This document shows positions 28,501 to 45,800 of a stretch of DNA of 64,000 nucleotides, piece by piece; within the stretch, counting starts at the first letter, position 1; each line of letters starts with the position of its first letter. Both the position numbers and the translations under genes were made by a program. The notes under the pieces were generated by a model. The model saw nothing but the letters and a program-made list of their open reading frames with translations. It was not told where the DNA came from and made no database searches. The stretch lies in NCBI RefSeq assembly GCF_009914755.1, contig NC_060928.1, one strand, 5' to 3'. The DNA comes from the human T2T-CHM13v2.0 reference genome, Homo sapiens.

Positions 28501-31500
28501 TTTTGTACAGTATGTAAAACATACTTTGGGGAGTTTGATATTTTATGAACAGTATATAATACACATTTTGGGTACTTTGATATTTTATGTACGGTATATA
28601 ATACATACTTTGGGTACTTTGATATTTTATGTACAGTATATAGTTCATACTTTGGGTACTTTGATATTTTATGTACAGTATATAATACATACATTGGGTA
28701 CTTCGATATTTTATGTGCAGTACCCTATATATAGTTTGGGTACTTTGATATTTTATGTCCAGTATAAAATAAATAGTTTTGGTACTTTGATATTTTATGT
28801 ACAGTATATAGTTTGAGTACTTTGATATTTAATGTTCAGTTTATTATAAATGTTTGGGTGCTTTCATATTTTATATACAGTATATAATACATACTTTGGG
28901 CACTTTGATATTTTCTGTACAGTATATAATACATACTTTGGGTACTTTGATATTTTATGTATGGTATATAATACATACATTGGGTACTTTGATATTTTAT
29001 GTACAGTATATAATATATAGTTTGGTTACTTTGATATTTTATATACAGTATATAATATATATTATGTGTACTTTGATATATTATGTACAGTATATAATAT
29101 ATAGTATGGGTTGTTTGATATTTTATGTACAGTATATAATATATAGTTTGGGTAGTTTGATATTTTTAGTACAGTATGTAATATATAGTTTGTTTTATTT
29201 GGTATTTTATGTACAGTATACAATATATAGTATTGGTACTTTGATATTTCATGTAAAGTATATAGTTTGAGTACTTTGATATTTTATATGCAGTTTATTA
29301 TAAATGTTTGGGTACCTTCATATTTTATGTACAGTATATAATACATACTTTGGGAACTTTTATTTTATGTGCAGTATATAATACATACTTTGGGTACTTT
29401 GATATTTCATGTACAGTATATAATACACACTTTGGGTACTTTGATATTTTATGTACAGTATATAATACACACTTTGGGTAGTTTGATATTTTATGTACAG
29501 TATATAATACATACTTTGGGTACTTTGATGTATTATGTACAGTATATAATACATACTTTGGGTACTTTGATATTTTATGTACAGTATATAATACATACTT
29601 TGGGTACTTTGATATTTTATGTACAGTATGTAATACACACTTTGGGTACTTTGATATTTTATGTACAGTATGTAAAACATACTTTGGGTAGTTTGATATA
29701 TTATGTACAGTATATAATACATACTTTGTGTACTCTGATATTTTATGTACAGTGTATAATACATACTTTGGGTACTTTGATATTTTATGTACAGTATATA
29801 ATACATACATTGGGTACTTTGATATATTATGTACAGTATATAATACTTACTTGGGGTATCTTGATATTTTATGTACAGTATATAATGCATACTTTGGGTA
29901 CTTTGATATTTTATGTACAGTATATAATGCATACTTTGAGTACTTTGATATTTTATGTACAGTATGTAATACATACTTTGGGTACTTTGATATTTTATGT
30001 ACAGTATATAATACATACTTTGGGTACTTTGATATTTTATGTACAGTATATAATATATAGTTTGGGTACTTTGATAATTTATGTACAGTGTATAACACAT
30101 ACTTTGGGTACTTTGATATTTTATGTACAGTATATAATACATACTTTGGGTACTTTGATATTTTATATACAGTATATAATACATACTTTGGGTACTTTCA
30201 TATTTCATGTACAGTTTATAATATATAGTTTGGGTACTTTGGTATATTATGTACTGTATATAATACATACTTTGGGTACTTTGATATTTTATGTACAGTA
30301 TATAATACATACTTTGGGTACTTTGATATTTTATGTACAGTATACAATATATACTTTGACTACTTTGATATTTTATGTCCAGTATAGAATATATAGTTTT
30401 GGTAGTTTGATATTTTATGTACAGTATATAGTTTGAGTACATGGATATTTTATGTACACTTTATTATAAATGTTTGGATACTTTCATATTTTATGTACAG
30501 TATTTAATACATACTTTGGGCACTTTGATATTTTATGTACAGTATACAATACATACTTTGTGTACTTTGATATTTTATTTACAGTATATAATACATAATT
30601 TGGGTACTTTGATATTTTATGTACAGTATATAATGCATACTTTGGGTACTTTGATGTTTTATGTACAGTATATAATACATACTTAGGGTACTTTGACATT
30701 TTATGTGCAGTACATAATACATACTTTGGATACTTTGTTATTTTAAATACAGTATGTAATACATATTTTGGGTACTTTGATATTTTATGTACAGTATATA
30801 ATACATACTTTGGTACTTTTATATTTCATGTACAGTATATAATATATAGTTTGGGTACTTTGATATTTTATGTACAGTATATAATACATAGTTTGGGTAT
30901 TTTGATATTTTATGTACAGTATATAATACATACTTTGGGTACTTTGATATTTTATGTACAGTATATAATATATAGTTTGGGTACTTTGATAATTTATGTG
31001 CAGTATATAACACATACTTTCGGTAGTTGGATATTTTATGTACAGTATATAATACATACTTTGGGTACTTCGATATTTGATGTACAGTATACTATATATA
31101 GTTTGGGTACTTTGATATTTTATGTCGGGTACAAAATAAATAGTTTTGGTACTTAGATATTTTATGTACAGTATATAGTTTGAGTACTTTGATATTTTAT
31201 GTACAGTTTATTATTAATGGGTGCTTTCATATTTTATGTACAGTATATAATACATACTATGGGCACTTTGATATTTTATGTACAGTATATAATACATAAT
31301 TTGGGTACTTTGATATTTTATATACACTACATAATACATACTTTGGGTACTTTGATATTTTATGTACAGTACATAATATATAGTTTGGGTACTTTGATAT
31401 TGTATGTGCAGTATATAACACATACTTTCGGTACTTGGATATTTTATGTACAGTATATAATACATAATTTGGGTACTTCCATATTTTATGTACAGTATGC

Positions 31501-34500
31501 TATATATACTTTGGGTACTTTGATATTTTATGTCCAGTATAAAATAAAAAGTTTTGGTAATTCGATATTTTATGTACAGTGTATCGTTTGAGTACTTTGA
31601 TATTTAATGTACAGTTTATTATAAATGTTCAGGTGCTTTCATATTTTATGTACAGTATATAATACATACTTTGAGCACTTTGATATTTTATGTACAGTAT
31701 ATAATACATACTTTGGTCTCTTTGATGTTTTATGTACAGTATATAATACATACTTTGGGTTCTTTGATATTTTATGTGCAGAATATAATGCATAGTTTTA
31801 GGTACTTTTATATTTTATGTACAGTATATAATACATACTTTGGGTACTTTGATATTTTATGTACAGTATATAATACATACTTTGGGTACTTTGATATTTT
31901 ATGTACAGTATATAATACATATTATTGGTACTTTGATATTTTATGTACAGTATACAATATATAGTTTGAGTACTTTGATATTTTATGTCCAGTATAAAAT
32001 ACATAGATTTCATACTTTGATATTTTATGTACAGAATATAGTTTGAGTACTTTGATATTTTATGTACACTTTATCATAAAAGTTTGGGTACTTTCATATT
32101 TTACGTACAGTATATAATACATACTTTGGGCACTTTGATGTTTTATGTACAGTATATAATACATACTTTGGGTTCTTTGATATGTTATGTACAGCATATA
32201 GTACATAATTTGGGGACTTTTATATTTTATGTACATTATATAATACATACTTTGGGTACTTTTATATTTTATGTACGGTATAAAATACATACTTTGGGTA
32301 CTTTGGTATATTATGTACAGTATATAATACATACTTTGGGTACTTTGATATATTATGTACAGTATATAATACATACTTAGGGTACTTTGACATTTTATGT
32401 ACAGTACATAATACATACTTTGGGTACTTTGATATTTTATGTACAGTATATAGTACATACTTTGGGTACTTTGATATTTTATGTACAGTATATAATACAT
32501 GTTTTGGGTACTTTTACATTTTATGTACAGTATATAATATATAGTTTGGGTACTTTGATATTTTATATACGGTATATAATACATACTTTGGGTACTTTGA
32601 TATTTTATGTACAGTATATAATACATACTTTGGGTACTTTGATAATTTATGTACAGTATATAATACATACTTTGGGTACTTTGATATTTAATGTACAGTA
32701 TATAATACACACTTTGCGTACTTTGTTATTTTATGTAAAGTATGTAATACATACTTTGGGTACTTTGATATTTTATGTACAGTATGTAATACACGCTTTG
32801 GGTACTTTGATATTTTATGTAGAGTATGTAAAACATACTTTGGGTAGTTTGGTATTTTATGATCAGTATATAATACATATTTTGGGTACTTTGATATTTT
32901 ATGTACAGTATATAATACATACTTTGGGTACTTTGATATTTTATGTACAGTATATAATGCATAATTTGGGTACTTCAATAGTTTATGCACAGTATATAAT
33001 ACATACTTTGGGTAATTTGATATTTTATGTACAGTATATAATGCATACTTTGGGTACTTTGATAGTTTATGTACAGTATACAATACATACTTTGGGTACT
33101 TTGATATTTTATGTACAGTATATAATATGTAGTTTGGGTACTTTGATATTTTAACTACAGTATATAATACATACTTTGGGTACTTTGATATTTTATCTAC
33201 AGTATATAATAGATACTTTGGGTACTTTGATATATTATGTACAGTATATAATACATAGTTTGGTTACTTTGATATTTTTTGTACAGTATGTAAAACATAC
33301 TTTGGGGAGTTTGATATTTTATGAACAGTATATAATACACATTTTGGGTACTTTGATATTTTATGTACGGTATATAATACATACTTTGGGTACTTTGATA
33401 TTTTATGTACAGTATATAGTTCATACTTTGGGTACTTTGATATTTTATGTACAGTATATAATACATACATTGGGTACTTCGATATTTTATGTGCAGTACC
33501 CTATATATAGTTTGGGTACTTTGATATTTTATGTCCAGTATAAAATAAATAGTTTTGGTACTTTGATATTTTATGTACAGTATATAGTTTGAGTACTTTG
33601 ATATTTAATGTTCAGTTTATTATAAATGTTTGGGTGCTTTCATATTTTATATACAGTATATAATACATACTTTGGGCACTTTGATATTTTCTGTACAGTA
33701 TATAATACATACTTTGGGTACTTTGATATTTTATGTATGGTATATAATACATACATTGGGTACTTTGATATTTTATGTACAGTATATAATATATAGTTTG
33801 GTTACTTTGATATTTTATATACAGTATATAATATATATTATGTGTACTTTGATATATTATGTACAGTATATAATATATAGTATGGGTTGTTTGATATTTT
33901 ATGTACAGTATATAATATATAGTTTGGGTAGTTTGATATTTTTAGTACAGTATGTAATATATAGTTTGTTTTATTTGGTATTTTATGTACAGTATACAAT
34001 ATATAGTATTGGTACTTTGATATTTCATGTAAAGTATATAGTTTGAGTACTTTGATATTTTATATGCAGTTTATTATAAATGTTTGGGTACCTTCATATT
34101 TTATGTACAGTATATAATACATACTTTGGGAACTTTTATTTTATGTGCAGTATATAATACATACTTTGGGTACTTTGATATTTCATGTACAGTATATAAT
34201 ACACACTTTGGGTACTTTGATATTTTATGTACAGTATATAATACACACTTTGGGTAGTTTGATATTTTATGTACAGTATATAATACATACTTTGGGTACT
34301 TTGATGTATTATGTACAGTATATAATACATACTTTGGGTACTTTGATATTTTATGTACAGTATATAATACATACTTTGGGTACTTTGATATTTTATGTAC
34401 AGTATGTAATACACACTTTGGGTACTTTGATATTTTATGTACAGTATGTAAAACATACTTTGGGTAGTTTGATATATTATGTACAGTATATAATACATAC

Positions 34501-36859
34501 TTTGTGTACTCTGATATTTTATGTACAGTGTATAATACATACTTTGGGTACTTTGATATTTTATGTACAGTATATAATACATACATTGGGTACTTTGATA
34601 TATTATGTACAGTATATAATACTTACTTGGGGTATCTTGATATTTTATGTACAGTATATAATGCATACTTTGGGTACTTTGATATTTTATGTACAGTATA
34701 TAATGCATACTTTGAGTACTTTGATATTTTATGTACAGTATGTAATACATACTTTGGGTACTTTGATATTTTATGTACAGTATATAATACATACTTTGGG
34801 TACTTTGATATTTTATGTACAGTATATAATATATAGTTTGGGTACTTTGATAATTTATGTACAGTGTATAACACATACTTTGGGTACTTTGATATTTTAT
34901 GTACAGTATATAATACATACTTTGGGTACTTTGATATTTTATATACAGTATATAATACATACTTTGGGTACTTTCATATTTCATGTACAGTTTATAATAT
35001 ATAGTTTGGGTACTTTGGTATATTATGTACTGTATATAATACATACTTTGGGTACTTTGATATTTTATGTACAGTATATAATACATACTTTGGGTACTTT
35101 GATATTTTATGTACAGTATACAATATATACTTTGACTACTTTGATATTTTATGTCCAGTATAGAATATATAGTTTTGGTAGTTTGATATTTTATGTACAG
35201 TATATAGTTTGAGTACATGGATATTTTATGTACACTTTATTATAAATGTTTGGATACTTTCATATTTTATGTACAGTATTTAATACATACTTTGGGCACT
35301 TTGATATTTTATGTACAGTATACAATACATACTTTGGGTACTTTGATATTTTATTTACAGTATATAATACATAATTTGGGTACTTTGATATTTTATGTAC
35401 AGTATATAATGCATACTTTGGGTACTTTGATGTTTTATGTACAGTATATAATACATACTTAGGGTACTTTGACATTTTATGTGCAGTACATAATACATAC
35501 TTTGGATACTTTGTTATTTTAAATACAGTATGTAATACATATTTTGGGTACTTTGATATTTTATGTACAGTATATAATACATACTTTGGTACTTTTATAT
35601 TTCATGTACAGTATATAATATATAGTTTGGGTACTTTGATATTTTATGTACAGTATATAATACATAGTTTGGGTATTTTGATATTTTATGTACAGTATAT
35701 AATACATACTTTGTGTACTTTGATATTTTATGTACAGTATATAATATATAGTTTGGGTACTTTGATAATTTATGTGCAGTATATAACACATACTTTCGGT
35801 AGTTGGATATTTTATGTACAGTATATAATACATACTTTGGGTACTTCGATATTTGATGTACAGTATACTATATATAGTTTGGGTACTTTGATATTTTATG
35901 TCGGGTACAAAATAAATAGTTTTGGTACTTAGATATTTTATGTACAGTATATAGTTTGAGTACTTTGATATTTTATGTACAGTTTATTATTAATGGGTGC
36001 TTTCATATTTTATGTACAGTATATAATACATACTATGGGCACTTTGATATTTTATGTACAGTATATAATACATAATTTGGGTACTTTGATATTTTATATA
36101 CACTACATAATACATACTTTGGGTACTTTGATATTTTATGTACAGTACATAATATATAGTTTGGGTACTTTGATATTGTATGTGCAGTATATAACACATA
36201 CTTTCGGTACTTGGATATTTTATGTACAGTATATAATACATAATTTGGGTACTTCCATATTTTATGTACAGTATGCTATATATACTTTGGGTACTTTGAT
36301 ATTTTATGTCCAGTATAAAATAAAAAGTTTTGGTAATTCGATATTTTATGTACAGTGTATCGTTTGAGTACTTTGATATTTAATGTACAGTTTATTATAA
36401 ATGTTCAGGTGCTTTCATATTTTATGTACAGTATATAATACATACTTTGAGCACTTTGATATTTTATGTACAGTATATAATACATACTTTGGTCTCTTTG
36501 ATGTTTTATGTACAGTATATAATACATACTTTGGGTTCTTTGATATTTTATGTGCAGAATATAATGCATAGTTTTAGGTACTTTTATATTTTATGTACAG
36601 TATATAATACATACTTTGGGTACTTTGATATTTTATGTACAGTATATAATACATACTTTGGGTACTTTGATATTTTATGTACAGTATATAATACATATTA
36701 TTGGTACTTTGATATTTTATGTACAGTATACAATATATAGTTTGAGTACTTTGATATTTTATGTCCAGTATAAAATACATAGATTTCATACTTTGATATT
36801 TTATGTACAGAATATAGTTTGAGTACTTTGATATTTTATGTACACTTTATCATAAAAGT
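22532..36859 (+). repeat. Three tandem copies of a 4776-bp higher-order unit (1546+454+1166+743+412+455)
   Basis: ORF triplets 24584/29360/34136, 24078/28854/33630 and 26895/31671/36447 are offset by 4776; shared marker TGTTCAGGTGC. Confidence 0.92.
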
Positions 36860-39800
36860 TTGGGTACTTTCATATTTTACGTACAGTATATAATACATAC
36901 TTTGGGCACTTTGATGTTTTATGTACAGTATATAATACATACTTTGGGTTCTTTGATATGTTATGTACAGCATATAGTACATAATTTGGGGACTTTTATA
37001 TTTTATGTACATTATATAATACATACTTTGGGTACTTTTATATTTTATGTACGGTATATAATACATACTTTGGGTACTTTGGTATATTATGTACAGTATA
37101 TAATACATACTTTGGGTACTTTGATATATTATGTACAGTATATAATACATACTTAGGGTACTTTGACATTTTATGTACAGTACATAATACATACTTTGGG
37201 TACTTTGATATTTTATGTACAGTATATAATACATACTTTGGGTACTTTGATATTTTATGTACAGTATATAATACATGTTTTGGGTACTTTTACATTTTAT
37301 GTACAGTATATAATATATAGTTTGGGTACTTTGATATTTTATGTACGGTATATAATACATACTTTGGGTACTCTGATATTTTATGTACAGTATATAATAC
37401 ATACTTTGGGTACTTTGATAATTTATGTACAGTATATAATACATACTTTGGGTACTTTGATATTTAATGTACAGTATATAATACACACTTTGCGTACTTT
37501 GATATTTTATGTAAAGTATGTAATACATACTTTGGGTACTTTGATATTTTATGTACAGTATGTAATACACGCTTTGGGTACTTTGATATTTTATGTAGAG
37601 TATGTAAAACATACTTTGGGTAGTTTGGTATTTTATGATCAGTATATAATACATATTTTGGGTACTTTGATATTTTATGTACAGTATATAATACATATTA
37701 TTGGTACTTTGATATTTTATGTACAGTATACAATATATAGTTTGAGTACTTTGATATTTTATGTCCAGTATAAAATACATAGATTTCATACTTTGATATT
37801 TTATGTACAGAATATAGTTTGAGTACTTTGATATTTTATGTACACTTTATCATAAAAGTTTGGGTACTTTCATATTTTACGTACAGTATATAATACATAC
37901 TTTGGGCACTTTGATGTTTTATGTACAGTATATAATACATACTTTGGGTCCTTTGATATGTTATGTACAGCATATAGTACATAATTTGGGGACTTTTATA
38001 TTTTATGTACATTATATAATACATACTTTGGGTACTTTTATATTTTATGTACGGTATATAATACATACTTTGGGTACTTTGATATATTATGTACAGTATA
38101 TAATACATACTTTGGGTACTTTGATATATTATGTACAGTATATAATACATACTTAGGGTACTTTGACATTTTATGTACAGTACATAATACATACTTTGGG
38201 TACTTTGATATTTTATGTACAGTATATAATACATACTTTGGGTACTTTGATATTTTATGTACAGTATATAATACATGTTTTGGGTACTTTTACATTTTAT
38301 GTACAGTATATAATATATAGTTTGGGTACTTTGATATTTTATGTACGGTATATAATACATACTTTGGGTACTTTGATATTTTATGTACAGTATATAATAC
38401 ATACTTTGGGTACTTTGATATTTTATGTACAGTATATAATACATACTTTGGGTACTTTGATATTTAATGTACAGTATATAATACACACTTTGCGTACTTT
38501 GATATTTTATGTAAAGTATGTAATACATACTTTGGGTACTTTGATATTTTATGTACAGTATGTAATACACGCTTTGGGTACTTTGATATTTTATGTAGAG
38601 TATGTAAAACATACTTTGGGTAGTTTGGTATTTTATGATCAGTATATAATACATATTTTGGGTACTTTGATATTTTCTGTACAGTATATAATACCTACTT
38701 TGGGTACTTTGATATTTTATGTACAGTATATAATGCATAATTTGGGTACTTCAATAGTATATGCACAGTATATAATACATACTTTGGGTAATTTGATATT
38801 TTATGTACAGTATATAATGCATACTTTGGGTACTTTGATAGTTTATGTACAGTATACAATACATACTTTAGGTACTTTGATATTTTATGTACAGTATATA
38901 ATATGTAGTTTGGGTACTTTGATATTTTAACTACAGTATATAATACATACTTTGGGTACTTTGATATTTTATCTAAAGTATATAATAGATACTTTGGGTA
39001 CTTTGATATATTATGTACAGTATATAATACATAGTTTGGTTACTTTGATATTTTTTGTACAGTATGTAAAACATACTTTGGGGAGTTTGATATTTTATGA
39101 ACAGTATATAATACACATTTTGGGTACTTTGATATTTTATGTACGGTATATAATACATACTTTGTGTACTTTGATATTTTATGTACAGTATATAATTCAT
39201 ACTTTGGGTACTTTGATATTTTATGTACAGTATATAATACATACTTTGGGTACTTTGATATTTTATGAACAGTATATAATACATACTTTGGGTACTTTGA
39301 TATTTTATGTACTGTATATAATACATACTTTGGGTACTTTTATATTTTATTTACAGTATATAATATATAGTTTGGGTACTTTGATATTTTATGTACGGTA
39401 TATAATACATACTTTGGGTACTTTGATATTTTATGTATAGTATATAATACATACTAAGCGCACTTTGATATTTTATGTACAGTATATAATACATACTTTG
39501 GTTACTCTGATATTTTATGTACAGTGTATAATACATACTTTGGGTACTTTGATATTTTATGTATAGTATATAGTTTGAGTACTTTGATATTTTATGTACA
39601 GTTTTTTATAAATATTTGGGTGCTTTCATATTTTATGTACAGTATATAATACATACTAAGCGCACTTTGATATTTTATGTACAGTATATAATACATACTT
39701 TGGTTACTCTGATATTTTATGTACAGTGTATAATACATACTTTGGGTACTTTGATATTTTATGTACAATATATAATACATACGTTGGGAACTTTGATATA

Positions 39801-42800
39801 TTATGTACATTATAAAATTCATACTTTGGGTACTTTGATATTTTATGTACAGTATATAATACATACTTTGTGTACTTTGATATTTTATGTACAGTATATA
39901 ATACATACTTTGGGTACTTTGATATTTTATATACAGTATATAATACATACTTTGGGTACTTTCATATTTTATGTACAGTATATAATATATAGTTTGGGTA
40001 CTTTGATATTTTATCTACAGCTTATAATACATACTTTGGGTTCTTTGATATTTTATATACAGTATATAATACATACTTTGGGTAGTTTGATATTTTATGT
40101 ACAGTATACAATATATAGTTTGAGTACTTTGATATTTTATGTGCAGTATAAAATATATAGTTTTGGTACTTTGATATTTTATGTACAGTTTATAGTTTGA
40201 GTACTTTGATATTTTATGTACAGTTTATTATAAATGTTTGGGTACTTTCATATTTGATGTACAGTATTTAATACATAATTTGGGCACTTTGATATTTTAT
40301 GTACAGTATATAATACATACTTTGGGTACTTTTCTATTTTATGCACAGTATATAATACATATTTTGTTTACTTTGATATTTAATGTACAGTATATAATAC
40401 ACAGTTTGCGTACTTTGATATTTTATGTAAAGCATGTAATACATAATTTGGGCAGTTTGATATTTTATGTACAGTATGTAATACACACTTTGGATACTTT
40501 GATATTTTATGTACAGTATGTAAAACATACTTTGGGTAGTTTGATATATTATGTACAGTATATAATGCATACTTTGGGTACTCTGATATTTTATGTACAG
40601 TGTATAATACGTACTTTGGGTACTTTGATATTTTATGTACAGTATATAATACATACATTGGGTACTTTGATATATTATGTACAGTATATAATACTTACTT
40701 GGGGTACTTTGATATTTTATGTACAGTATATAATACATACTTTGTGTACTTTGATATTTTATGTACAGTATATAATACATACTTTGGGTACTTTGATATT
40801 TTATGTACAGTATATAATACATACTTTGGGTATCTTGATATTTTATGTACAGCATATAATGCATACTTTGGGTACTTTGATATTTTATGTACAGTATATA
40901 ATGCATACTTTGAGTACTTTGATATTTTATGTACAGTATGTAATACATACTTTGGGTACTTTGATATTTTATGTATAGTATATAATACATACTTTGTGTA
41001 GTTTGATATTTTATGTACAGTATACAATATATAGTTTGAGTACTTTGATATTTTATGTCCAGTATAAAATGTATAGTTTTCCTAATTGATATTTTATGTA
41101 CAGAATATAGTTTGAGTACTTTGATATTTTATGTACACTTTATTATAAATGTTTGGGTACTTTCATATTTTATGTACAGTATATAATACATACTTTGGTC
41201 TCTTTGATGTTTTATGTACAGTATATAATACATACTTTGGGTTCTTTGATATTTTATGTGCAGAATATAATGCATAGTTTTAGGTACTTTTATATTTTAT
41301 GTACAGTATATAATACATACTTTGGGTACTTTGATATTTTATGTACAGTATATAATACATACTTTGGGAACTTTGATATTTTATGTACAGTATGTAATAC
41401 ATACTTTGGGTACTTTGATATTTTATGTACAGTATACAATATATAGTTTGAGTACTTTGATATTTTATGTCCAGTATAAAATACATAGATTTCATACTTT
41501 GATATTTTATGTACAGAATATAGTTTGAGTACTTTGATATTTTATGTACACTTTATCATAAAAGTTTGGGTACTTTCATATTTTACGTACAGTATATAAT
41601 ACATACTTTGGGCACTTTGATGTTTTATGTACAGTATATAATACATACTTTGGGTTCTTTGATATGTTATGTACAGCATATAATACATAATTTGGGGACT
41701 TTTATATTTTATGTACATTATATAATACATACTTTGGGTACTTTTATATTTTATGTACGGTATATAATACATACTTTGGGTACTTTGATATATTATGTAC
41801 AGTATATAATACATACTTTGGGTACTTTGATATATTATGTACAGTATATAATACATACTTAGGGTACTTTGACATTTTATGTACAGTACATAATACATAC
41901 CTTGGGTACTTTGATATTTTATGTACAGTATATAATACATACTTTGGGTACTTTGATATTTTATGTACAGTATATAATACATGTTTTGGGTACTTTTATA
42001 TTTTATGTACAGTATATAATATATAGTTTGGGTACTTTGATATTTTATCTACGGTATATAATACATACTTTGGGTACTTTGATATTTTATGTTCAGTATA
42101 CAAAACATACTTTGGGTACTTTGATATTTTATGTACAGTATATAATACATACTTTGGGTACTTTGATATTTAATGTACAGTATATAATACACACTTTGCG
42201 TACTTTGATATTTTATGTAAAGTATGTAATACATACTTTGGGTACTTTGATATTTTATGTACAGTATGTAATACACGCTTTGGGTACTTTGATATTTTAT
42301 GTAGAGTATGTAAAACATACTTTGGGTAGTTTGGTATTTTATGATCAGTATATAATACATATTTTGGGTACTTTGATATTTTATGTACAGTATATAATAC
42401 ATACTTTGGGTACTTTGATATTTTATGTACAGTATATAATGCATAATTTGGGTACTTCAATAGTTTATGCACAGTATATAATACATACTTTGGGTAATTT
42501 GATATTTTATGTACAGTATATAATGCATACTTTGGGTACTTTGATAGTTTATGTACAGTATACAATACATACTTTGGGTACTTTGATATTTTATGTACAG
42601 TATATAATATGTAGTTTGGGTACTTTGATATTTTAACTACAGTATATAATACATACTTTGGGTACTTGGATATTTTATCTACAGTATATAATAGATACTT
42701 TGGGTACTTTGATATATTATGTACAGTATATAATACATAGTTTGGTTACTTTGATATTTTTTGTACAGTATGTAAAACATAGTTTGGGGAGTTTGATATT

Positions 42801-45800
42801 TTATGAACAGTATATAATACACATTTTGGGTACTTTGATATTTTATGTACGGTATATAATACATACTTTGGGTACTTTGATATTTTATGTACAGTATATA
42901 ATTCATACTTTGGGTACTTTGATATTTTATGTACAGTATATAATACATACATTGGGTACTTCGATATTTTATGTGCAGTACCCTATATATAGTTTGGGTA
43001 CTTTGATATTTTATGTCCAGTATAAAATAAATAGTTTTGGTACTTTGATATTTTATATACAGTATATAGTTTGAGTACTTTGATATTTAATGTTCAGTTT
43101 ATTATAAATGTTTGGGTGCTTTCATATTTTATATACAGTATATAATACATACTTTGGGCACTTTGATATTTTCTGTACAGTATATAATACATACTTTGGG
43201 TACTTTGATATTTTATGTACGGTATATAATACATACATTGGGTACTTTGATATTTTATGTACAGTATATAATATATAGTTTGGTTACTTTGATATTTTAT
43301 ATATAGTATATAATATATATTATGTGTACTTTGATATATTATGTACAGTATATAATATATAGTATGGGTTGTTTGATATTTTATGTACAGTATATAATAT
43401 ATAGTTTGGGTAGTTTGATATTTTTAGTACAGTATGTAATATATAGTTTGTTTTATTTGATATTTTATGTACAGTATACAATATATAGTATTGGTACTAT
43501 GATATTTCATGTAAAGTATATAGTTTGAGTACTTTGATATTTTATATGCAGTTTATTATAAATGTTTGGGTACCTTCATATTTTATGTACAGTATATAAT
43601 ACATACTTTGGGAACTTTTATTTTATGTGCAGTATATAATACATACTTTGGGTACTTTGATATTTCATGTACAGTATATAATACACACTTTGGGTACTTT
43701 GATATTTTATGTACAGTATATAATACACACTTTGGGTACTTTGATATTTTATGTACAGTATATAATACATACTTTGGGTACTTTGATGTATTATGTACAG
43801 TATATAATACATACTTTGGGTACTTTGATATTTTATGTACAGTATATAATACATACTTTGGGTACTTTGATATTTTATGTACAGTATGTAATACACACTT
43901 TGGGTACTTTGATATTTTATGTACAGTATGTAAAACATACTTTGGGTAGTTTGATATATTATGTACAGTATATAATACATACTTTGGGTACTCTGATATT
44001 TTATGTACAGTGTATAATACATACTTTGGGTACTTTGATATTTTATGTACAGTATATAATACATACTTTGGGTACTTTGATATTTTATGTACAGTATATA
44101 ATACTTACTTGGGGTATCTTGATATTTTATGTACAGTATATAATGCATACTTTGGGTACTTTGATATTTTATGTACAGTATATAATGCATACTTTGAGTA
44201 CTTTGATATTTTATGTACAGTATGTAATACATACTTTGGGTACTTTGATATTTTATGTACAGTATATAATACATACTTTGGGTACTTTGATATTTTATGT
44301 ACAGTATATAATATATAGTTTGGGTACTTTGATAATTTATGTACAGTGTATAACACATACTTTGGGTACTTTGATATTTTATGTACAGTATATAATACAT
44401 ACTTTGGGTACTTTGATATTTTATATACAGTATATAATACATACTTTGGGTACTTTCATATTTCATGTACAGTTTATAATATATAGTTTGGGTACTTTGG
44501 TATATTATGTACTGTATATAATACATACTTTGGGTACTTTGATATTTTATGTACAGTATATAATACATACTTTGGGTACTTTGATATTTTATGTACAGTA
44601 TACAATATATACTTTGACTACTTTGATATTTTATGTCCAGTATAGAATATATAGTTTTGGTAGTTTGATATTTTATGTACAGTATATAGTTTGAGTACAT
44701 TGATATTTTATGTACACTTTATTATAAATGTTTGGATACTTTCATATTTTATGTACAGTATTTAATACATACTTTGGGCACTTTGATATTTTATGTACAG
44801 TATACAATACATACTTTGGGTTCTTTGATATTTTATTTACAGTATATAATACATAATTTGGGTACTTTGATATTTTATTTACAGTATATAATGCATACTT
44901 TGGGTACTTTGATGTTTTATGTACAGTATATAATACATACTTAGGGTACTTTGACATTTTATGTGCAGTACATAATACATACTTTGGATACTTTGTTATT
45001 TTAAATACAGTATGTAATACATATTTTGGGTACTTTGATATTTTATGTACAGTATATAATACATACTTTGGTACTTTTATATTTCATGTACAGTATATAA
45101 TATATAGTTTGAGTACTTTGATATTTTATGTACAGTATATAATACATAGTTTGGGTATTTTGATATTTTATGTACAGTATATAATACATACTTTGGGTAC
45201 TTTGATATTTTATGTACAGTATATAATATATAATATGGGTACTTTGATAATTTATGTGCAGTATATAACACATACTTTCGGTAGTTGGATATTTTATGTA
45301 CAGTATATAATACATACTTTGGGTACTTCGATATTTGATGTACAGTATACTATATATAGTTTGGGTACTTTGATATTTTATGTCGGGTACAAAATAAATA
45401 GTTTTGGTACTTAGATATTTTATGTACAGTATATAGTTTGAGTACTTTGATATTTTATGTACAGTTTATTATTAATGGGTGCTTTCATATTTTATGTACA
45501 GTATATAATACATACTATGGGCACTTTGATATTTTATGTACAGTATATAATACATAATTTGGGTACTTTGATATTTTATATACACTACATAATACATACT
45601 TTGGGTACTTTGATATTTTATGTACAGTACATAATATATAGTTTGGGTACTTTGATATTGTATGTGCAGTATATAACACATACTTTCGGTACTTGGATAT
45701 TTTATGTACAGTATATAATACATAATTTGGGTACTTCCATATTTTATGTACAGTATGCTATATATACTTTGGGTACTTTGATATTTTATGTCCAGTATAA

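Noticed and set aside
22532-36859. Near-identical multi-kb copies as an assembly artefact
   Set aside because: Each copy carries private substitutions and some have different terminal blocks, which fits real duplications better. Read-level validation was not possible.
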